NCBI GenBank assembly: GCA_050298055.1
Contig: JBNKTL010000074.1
Coordinates: forward strand, 1 to 11,062
DNA: 11,062 bases
Reading direction: 5' to 3'
Origin: Spirochaetota bacterium
GTDB lineage: Bacteria; Spirochaetota; UBA4802; UBA5550
In this document: piece by piece, positions 7,501 through 11,062 of the stretch
How the letters are laid out: the number at the start of each line of letters is the position of its first letter
Position numbering within the stretch: the stretch's first letter is position 1
Program-made: the position numbers and the translations under genes
Notes under the pieces: model-generated
Databases searched by the model: none
What the model was told of the DNA's origin: nothing
The model's input: only the letters and a program-made list of their open reading frames with translations

Positions 7501-10500
7501 TAGTCGCTTGAAGCCAGGTAGAGCTGCACATCTTCGGGAAGGTAGGCGGCGCTTTTCATGGTTCCGGAGCGGAAAGCGTCGGTAAAAGCGGTATAATCGG
7601 TGAGGTTGGTGGTATCCCCTCCCTCGTTGGCGGTAATAAATCCGTTTACTATTGTGTTAGTGTCGGTCTCACCCCCTGCCAGTTGAGCAGCGATATATCT
7701 CTCCAGGGAGTCGTACCTCAGGTATTCGCCGAATTCGGAATAGGCGCCGGGAGCAGTCCCCCCGGAATTCAGCTCCTCCCTTATGGTCAGGTAGTTGTCA
7801 ATAAGCCCATAGTTCAGGAGTTCGCTTTCACCGGCGGCGTCAAGTCCCCTCCCCGCCACATAGTCCGCAAGGGCACCGGTGATCTCGGCGTCGTTATAGA
7901 GCCTCTTTTCATTAAGGCCGGTAAGGTACTCCCTTAACTGGGCCTGTTCCGCCGGGGTGAAGCCTCCGGCGTTTGTGTCCATGTAGAGGTCCAGGTCCAT
8001 GCTGTTATCAGGGGAGACAAAGCCCGCCCCCAGGCGCTCCTTATCATACTGGAAAAGCATCCCCCGGTATCCCTCTATTAATTCGACAAAATTCTCCACG
8101 ATAAGAATATTTTCAGCAGATTCTCCGTTATCCTCGGTGCCCGCAGCATCGACATAATCGGTAAAATACCCCCGGGTATCCCCGTCAAGGGCGTCAAAGG
8201 CGGCCACAAGGCCCCTTATCATGTCGGTGCCTGATATCTCCGGGTTCTGGAAACTCTCTGTCATGGCGTTCAAAAACTCAGCGGCGGCGGTTGACGTACT
8301 GCTGGCGGCCGTGGCGGCGTCCAGTCTCTCCCGGGCCGTTTCCGGAGTGGCCCCGGCGTTGTTTTTGAGATACTCATACTCGCCCAGCCGGTAACTGTTC
8401 TTTCTCAGCTCTTCGATAAGGGCGGCCACGGCTTTGGGAACGATCTCCCCCCTGCTCTCCTTGGCGATGATATAGCCAGTCAGTCTGTCCGCCGTATCGG
8501 CCATATTCTGGTATGTCATCCCCCGGAGGTTTCCTGTGATCCCGATAATGTCCACCGTGGTTTCGTTGAAGATATCCTCAAGAACGCTCCCCGTTGTTTT
8601 TGTCTCGTTGTCTATGAAGAGACCGTCGTTGGCCGAAACAAAACCGGTCAGGCTGTTTTCCGCCATATCACTGTTTCCCCGGGTGTCCCCGTACTCATCG
8701 AGAAGCGGCATCATTCCGGTATAGCTCCCCCGGGAATAGTACTCCATCAGGATGCCCCTGGCCGCCTCGTCCCCGTTATCGGCGTCGGTAATAAGCGCCC
8801 CGGGATCGATCCCGTCAACGGAATAGATATCAGCCACTCCAAGCGCAATGGCGGTCTCCGTATCCATAAACCCGGTGAAGCTGTCCCAGTTGGTACCATC
8901 AAGCCCCGCTAAATTTGCCCCGGCCCACTTGTAGGCCCCGTAGCTCACCAGGTACTCCCTGTTGTTCCCGCCGTAGGTAAAGCTGCTGGCCTCATATCCT
9001 GCCCTCAGGATATCCATCACCGAGCCGTAGGTGTCGGGAAGAGACCCCCTGGTCCTTACGGTATCCATTGCCTCCCTGATCAGGTTAAACCCTTCCAGGT
9101 TCATCGATGCCATATTCTCATAGGTCTCCCTGTCATATCCCGTCCGGTTCTCCAGGTAAGCCCCGGGATCAAAACTCCTGTCGTGAAGGAAAGAGAAACT
9201 CCGGTCCTTGAGAATAAAGGCAGTTTCAAGGGCCCCGTACTCTCTCCTGAAAAAGCCGGTCAAAAGGGCCCGGGCAGCCTCCTTCTCATCCGCGGGGGCG
9301 CTGTTCCAGTTATCTCTCAGGTTAAGAAGCTCGGCGTACCTGGCGTCTCCATTATCTCCCCACACCTCTGACCGGGCAGTCCCCAGTGCATCGGTCCAGG
9401 CATTGAGGCCGGCGTCGGTCTCCTCTCCGTTCACAATGGCCCTGAAGGCGTTAAAACTGTTTTTTGAGTCCTCCCTCTCCCCTATTGCTTTCTCGTAGAG
9501 CCGGGTAAAGCTGTTGAGCCGCTCATACCGCTCCCGCTGTTTCAGCAGACCGTAGTATTCGCTGCTCCTCTCCCTTACATCCCGGTCAAACCTCCGGAGG
9601 CTGTTCTGGGCATTTATCAGTTCATTCTTGGCGAATTCCGTGTCTTCCCCGTTCTCAAGCACCATAAGGGCCTGAAAGCTCGTCAGGTACTCCGCCCGGG
9701 CGTTTTCAAGGGCGGTCCGGGCCGTTTCAAGCTCTCCCGTAATGCGGTTAATCTCATTTTGGGACGCTGTAAGTTCGGTGATAATGTCCCCTACGTCCCG
9801 GGAGTCGTCAGCGCTGTTATCAAGGAGAAGATCATACTCCTCCCTGGCCCGGTTCATGGCCTCCTCCGCGGTGTTGAGGTTGCTAAGTGTCGTGGCGGCG
9901 TCCTCCCTCACTGTCCCTTCGGGAGGATAGGCGTAATCCAGGACCGCCCGGGCGATATCGCGCCTCCTCTCCCAGAACTCAGCCTCCTTCCGGGCAAGCT
10001 CATACCCCTTCTCCGCTTCGGTCATGAGGTAAGGGTCTTTGGAGCCTTCAGGATTAAGGCCGTAACTTCCGTTGGCGTTTCTTAGAAACCCGGGGCCATT
10101 AATCCCCAGTTCCTCAATGAGATTCCCCTCTATGTTTATATCGTGCATATATGTCTGGGACTGGTTTACCAGGCCGTTGAAGTTGTCCCGCATCTCCGTC
10201 CAGCGGGACATCTCATCCTGGTAGAAGAAGTAGGCGGGCCTGTCGCCGGGATCTGCATTGGAAAGGTCGTTTGTCCAGTTGTAGGAGGCTTCAAAGGTCT
10301 TTGTTTCCGTTTTAGTATAATCAGGAGAACAGGAAATATCATAACAGGTTCCCGAAACACGGTAGCTGTAATTATAGGACATTTTAAGATCGAAACGGTA
10401 TCTCTCTGCGTAGTATGACGGGGAATCCTCACCCCCATAAGTATAGTCATATCCCAAAAAGACAGGAGTGACGCTCAGGTTCACGTTATGGGGTAGGCCA

Positions 10501-11062
10501 TAATATTGAATATAGTAACTAAAGTAATTATGATTATGTTCAAAAAACCCGTCATCCAACGCGCTCTGCACAAAATCGTCAACAAATCCTTCATTAACAT
10601 CCGCGATCTCCGCAGGACCGCCGGTATTTGTAATTGTCTTATCATACGTGAAAACAGGATCGCTGTTTAAATCGTAAAAACCATCATCTCTTTTTCCCAG
10701 AGTATTAATAAAGGTCAGGGTCATGGTGTCCTGGTCCCGGTAGGTCTGGCTTTCATTAATGGCATAGGTGTTTCTCTTCTCAGTCAGCCATTCAATATTC
10801 TCCACGGCCTCCTTGTAGATGTCAGACCCGTTGATGGCGATATCCTTCAGTCCCTGGGAATGATCATCCCACTGCCGGTCCATGGTGGCCATGTAGCTCT
10901 GGAAGTCGTCCCGGGATACCTGGATGTTTGTGGTGAGACGGCTCTCCTGTTCCTGCCAGTCGCTGATCCCCTGGTAGATCTTGCTGGTCAGCTCCTCTCT
11001 CCACTTGTCCCTCTCAGCGACGAGCCTCTCAAAGCCCCTCTGCCACATGGTGTTGCCGTCGT
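1494..11062 (-). CDS. Giant (>=3184 aa, 5'-partial) acidic coiled-coil protein with a C-terminal NlpC/P60-like domain; putative polymorphic toxin, possibly TIGR04388-like
   Basis: Uninterrupted 9.5-kb ORF. The codons upstream of ATG 11048 (GAC GGC AAC ACC) contain no stop or RBS, so the true start is probably outside the window. Long E/A/R/L-rich helical tracts, Trp-periodic repeats, a hydrophobic Gly/Ala-rich region near 3050-3560 and a terminal catalytic motif. The family assignment rests on recalled architecture only. Confidence 0.85.
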   Translation of the reverse strand, partial: DGNTMWQRGFERLVAERDKWREELTSKIYQGISDWQEQESRLTTNIQVSRDDFQSYMATMDRQWDDHSQGLKDIAINGSDIYKEAVENIEWLTEKRNTYAINESQTYRDQDTMTLTFINTLGKRDDGFYDLNSDPVFTYDKTITNTGGPAEIADVNEGFVDDFVQSALDDGFFEHNHNYFSYYIQYYGLPHNVNLSVTPVFLGYDYTYGGEDSPSYYAERYRFDLKMSYNYSYRVSGTCYDISCSPDYTKTETKTFEASYNWTNDLSNADPGDRPAYFFYQDEMSRWTEMRDNFNGLVNQSQTYMHDINIEGNLIEELGINGPGFLRNANGSYGLNPEGSKDPYLMTEAEKGYELARKEAEFWERRRDIARAVLDYAYPPEGTVREDAATTLSNLNTAEEAMNRAREEYDLLLDNSADDSRDVGDIITELTASQNEINRITGELETARTALENARAEYLTSFQALMVLENGEDTEFAKNELINAQNSLRRFDRDVRERSSEYYGLLKQRERYERLNSFTRLYEKAIGEREDSKNSFNAFRAIVNGEETDAGLNAWTDALGTARSEVWGDNGDARYAELLNLRDNWNSAPADEKEAARALLTGFFRREYGALETAFILKDRSFSFLHDRSFDPGAYLENRTGYDRETYENMASMNLEGFNLIREAMDTVRTRGSLPDTYGSVMDILRAGYEASSFTYGGNNREYLVSYGAYKWAGANLAGLDGTNWDSFTGFMDTETAIALGVADIYSVDGIDPGALITDADNGDEAARGILMEYYSRGSYTGMMPLLDEYGDTRGNSDMAENSLTGFVSANDGLFIDNETKTTGSVLEDIFNETTVDIIGITGNLRGMTYQNMADTADRLTGYIIAKESRGEIVPKAVAALIEELRKNSYRLGEYEYLKNNAGATPETARERLDAATAASSTSTAAAEFLNAMTESFQNPEISGTDMIRGLVAAFDALDGDTRGYFTDYVDAAGTEDNGESAENILIVENFVELIEGYRGMLFQYDKERLGAGFVSPDNSMDLDLYMDTNAGGFTPAEQAQLREYLTGLNEKRLYNDAEITGALADYVAGRGLDAAGESELLNYGLIDNYLTIREELNSGGTAPGAYSEFGEYLRYDSLERYIAAQLAGGETDTNTIVNGFITANEGGDTTNLTDYTAFTDAFRSGTMKSAAYLPEDVQLYLASSDYYQGFFLNNGFLKTQAEIDSYMDEQYGRDSFSALVRDSITRYIGSFAGIDNYYGQEIKEYMAGLSGSALETFKRYYYLSGALEGADLDAVMMPGYDSGIFGLQGMINGEIMLKGSVFEDELYDLPGEINGVYDVVFGDRMKKGRVTQYATTLVNYADKPGAFESYRRYILGGLEDGGIASQNNGESMDTRDGGSGELDTVNYRNDDIDNLILEEMNSFAANMKDLEVQAAAEVIDDTLTIGDFMDTVDGFYDTNTDYTRNTEGDFVFSTDLTRQINDIEGARDAFNLNFDTVFGDMKNSGALLEKSRGEVITARKTYNLLNGMDINQLREQVRTQGVVVENARIAYEDRETGLSDQKEIYDRLTAEYVNSMGNAETAYNAFKDAEFQYERAYAVYEYANTPYLKEESSQDSGVGSGYVPGTDGGGVIDISGLNVPDARDNYEYIRGIYEEKATALTEAETGLRDQETLATLRADGEYSALREDFVRKAGSYTRTAQADVLVNEKISELSYNYEKAQDSYDAARSSVYSNIFGIDEGNLVVDGVISHMMGNGATSRINEYAKAIECYWGYRTWKQYIPTNFWNSGFIGSQIQSIKVQYDTYNAIDPDIQKNIEILYTYNKDLIDGNSWSYYIERYRRIEYEYARDRYNGTKKRYVIERRRWRRRRDSRHNEWLNANAVYQVNSLTNSLNPKRKSLDKLFAKKNELQAETEALYAFDRVRSIDQLKSILGGPKYGLTTEDLGHVYDEFTPATDPDTGEQVSLTTLRREMQRLDADGHAVQARISNGRVYLLRSDGFDTGEDYALNDSSVILKTGNTTITDFSGYGTGDRFDFYDNVFSLKEAIGVISADYGRVRGDHRDTLLGYVESSSREGTHDNTVMLRDIELIHWNLLRDAASFNSGSGEVRQRSFPGYQALVSELVSDGRGTSVDDTIVNKLIAQSTEFQEQEWDFQLEKFNERERRWMEVVGFILNRGERDWDRRSKDFLTLWKKWRFDTREAINQGEKGLLKLKNDFTGEMNRWQADVSRSSGDASARMISEELSNRINNFVRVFNDGMPGRVSIAFDMDSILSKSLADLPVNDLGVLAKSMNYTDTSAGFTNLLNLNLSSALSADYGSQMDSYETRLGVMKNMRIADVLFGILENFNEQVAGANESVRDSVYTNSAGFEAPFIYNPTSNIWEIEVVKEHTLSVTRYDSISYFGYQDFDENNVSFKPIKGLDGEIDFTDPTTYTNIDADELNVYVKLETTHLQREIEKVFDDEGGTFNAHVDREMERLFGGQDGAIEGRFPNAYRKYMEGIALTQTGELTTPIAPGMPTPRTVIQVAGSIALTACGCPWAAFLLNAAFTAMDAKQGAISWKQAVIQTGISAVSSYVGGMGNSVAYRLAGQAITTAASGIEYESDGSVGWDDDNFREGVKRGAVSAALTYGMQGVGGLADIDDSSIFAGVSSGLQSTVMSGIDLDGNWRDIGFDTDHMTQHITTGVASGVTSAMMYKQSTGNSYMNKALSGLIDSSIKTLSYKVFDGKGFSEEFGMTNRSFNWDSVRYTHQDLGRDLGQYAAVKTNNLMKEYAKQKSLPKGKLPDDPLSGVEEMLGGIFLGMKQGMDAADGFLNTIKQGVGNFFERTGNLISHGEFTSASDLGMSDKDFDEWMDYKDSMKKQNIEVEYTTGKIDTSNAISEGSLDYFNSKIQLGYYEGDNAESIHITRNSDGNIKSIVEGSVDRLNYEALKYSNGELTGSKNFSVDLSEPSIQNDPTKSGAKAYTDAFFKTLSDVSSYAEITGKDKFQFTVNNAKDHFSDMNFQDQTHLNNTFAGVMENLGSEFEGEIKYGYQNNFSRDGSLNDISRVDCSSFVSLGVNVMGLADKGHNNINLLYGDKNSYEYADEFKDVKKSVVKDAYDYDGNYVDRTYSNGPVNILRNDSLFERFNASEVNDYTGLIGVTMNNGVDTSYGRTPGWYDHVYVNLGNDNGIVESTGGKGIYSRDYNPYEHKTSYYLQLRLNQNRRLMND
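1497..2045 (-). other. NlpC/P60 (papain-like, CHAP-related) cysteine hydrolase domain at the C-terminus of the giant protein
   Basis: IKYGY (Y3005)...RVDCSSFVS (C3025, codon 1976-1974)...WYDHVYVNLGNDNGIVESTGGKGI (H3135, codon 1646-1644; E3148, codon 1607-1605). This parallels the NlpC/P60 consensus Y...DCSG(F/L)V...HVGIYxGxGxxI(H/E)A. Numbering is from ATG 11048. Confidence 0.8.
1509..1514 (-). promoter_or_regulatory. Shine-Dalgarno site (AGGAGA) for the 161-aa gene, inside the 3' end of the giant gene
   Basis: Plus-strand tctcct at 1509-1514, 7 nt upstream of ATG 1501. Confidence 0.8.

Noticed and set aside
2625..10418. Numerous plus-strand ORFs of 60-227 aa (e.g. 4246..4776, 4938..5621, 7062..7511)
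   Set aside because: All are antisense to the giant CDS and have no recognisable motifs. They are the expected shadow ORFs of a GC-rich coding strand.
10166..10450. Alternative-frame minus-strand ORF (likewise 3316..3513)
   Set aside because: Nested out of frame in the giant CDS, with no motif or evident RBS.
11046..11048. ATG 11048 as the true start of the giant gene
   Set aside because: The frame stays open to the window edge, there is no RBS or signal peptide, and it falls inside the Trp-periodic repeat.
1494..11062. RHS/YD, RTX, filamentous haemagglutinin or Hint/intein assignment; phage tape-measure assignment
   Set aside because: No YD repeats, DPxG junction, GGxGxD nonapeptide arrays or Hint motifs were seen. 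Tape measure is disfavoured because the next gene encodes an exported AT-rich protein rather than a tail component, but it cannot be excluded without upstream context.

Overview
All credible genes lie on the minus strand. Most of the window (1494..>11062) is the 3' part of a giant, acidic, largely helical/coiled-coil protein of at least 3184 aa whose frame is still open at the right edge. It ends in a Gly/Ala-rich hydrophobic segment and a low-GC C-terminal NlpC/P60-type cysteine hydrolase domain (DCSSFV...DHVYVNLG...IVE). It overlaps by 8 bp a very AT-rich gene for a signal-peptide protein (1016..1501). This is the layout of a polymorphic toxin plus periplasmic immunity gene, on a carrier with no RHS, FHA, RTX or Hint signatures. 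The carrier recalls the spirochaetal TIGR04388-like giant proteins, but that is unverified. Downstream are a structured GC-rich spacer (REP-like hairpin and a degenerate attC-like hairpin) and an AT-rich lipoprotein gene. That gene appears to be interrupted at 488/489 by an IS66-family element whose transposase (<1..410) is missing from the ORF track. The host is plausibly a Spirochaetota bacterium (inference).
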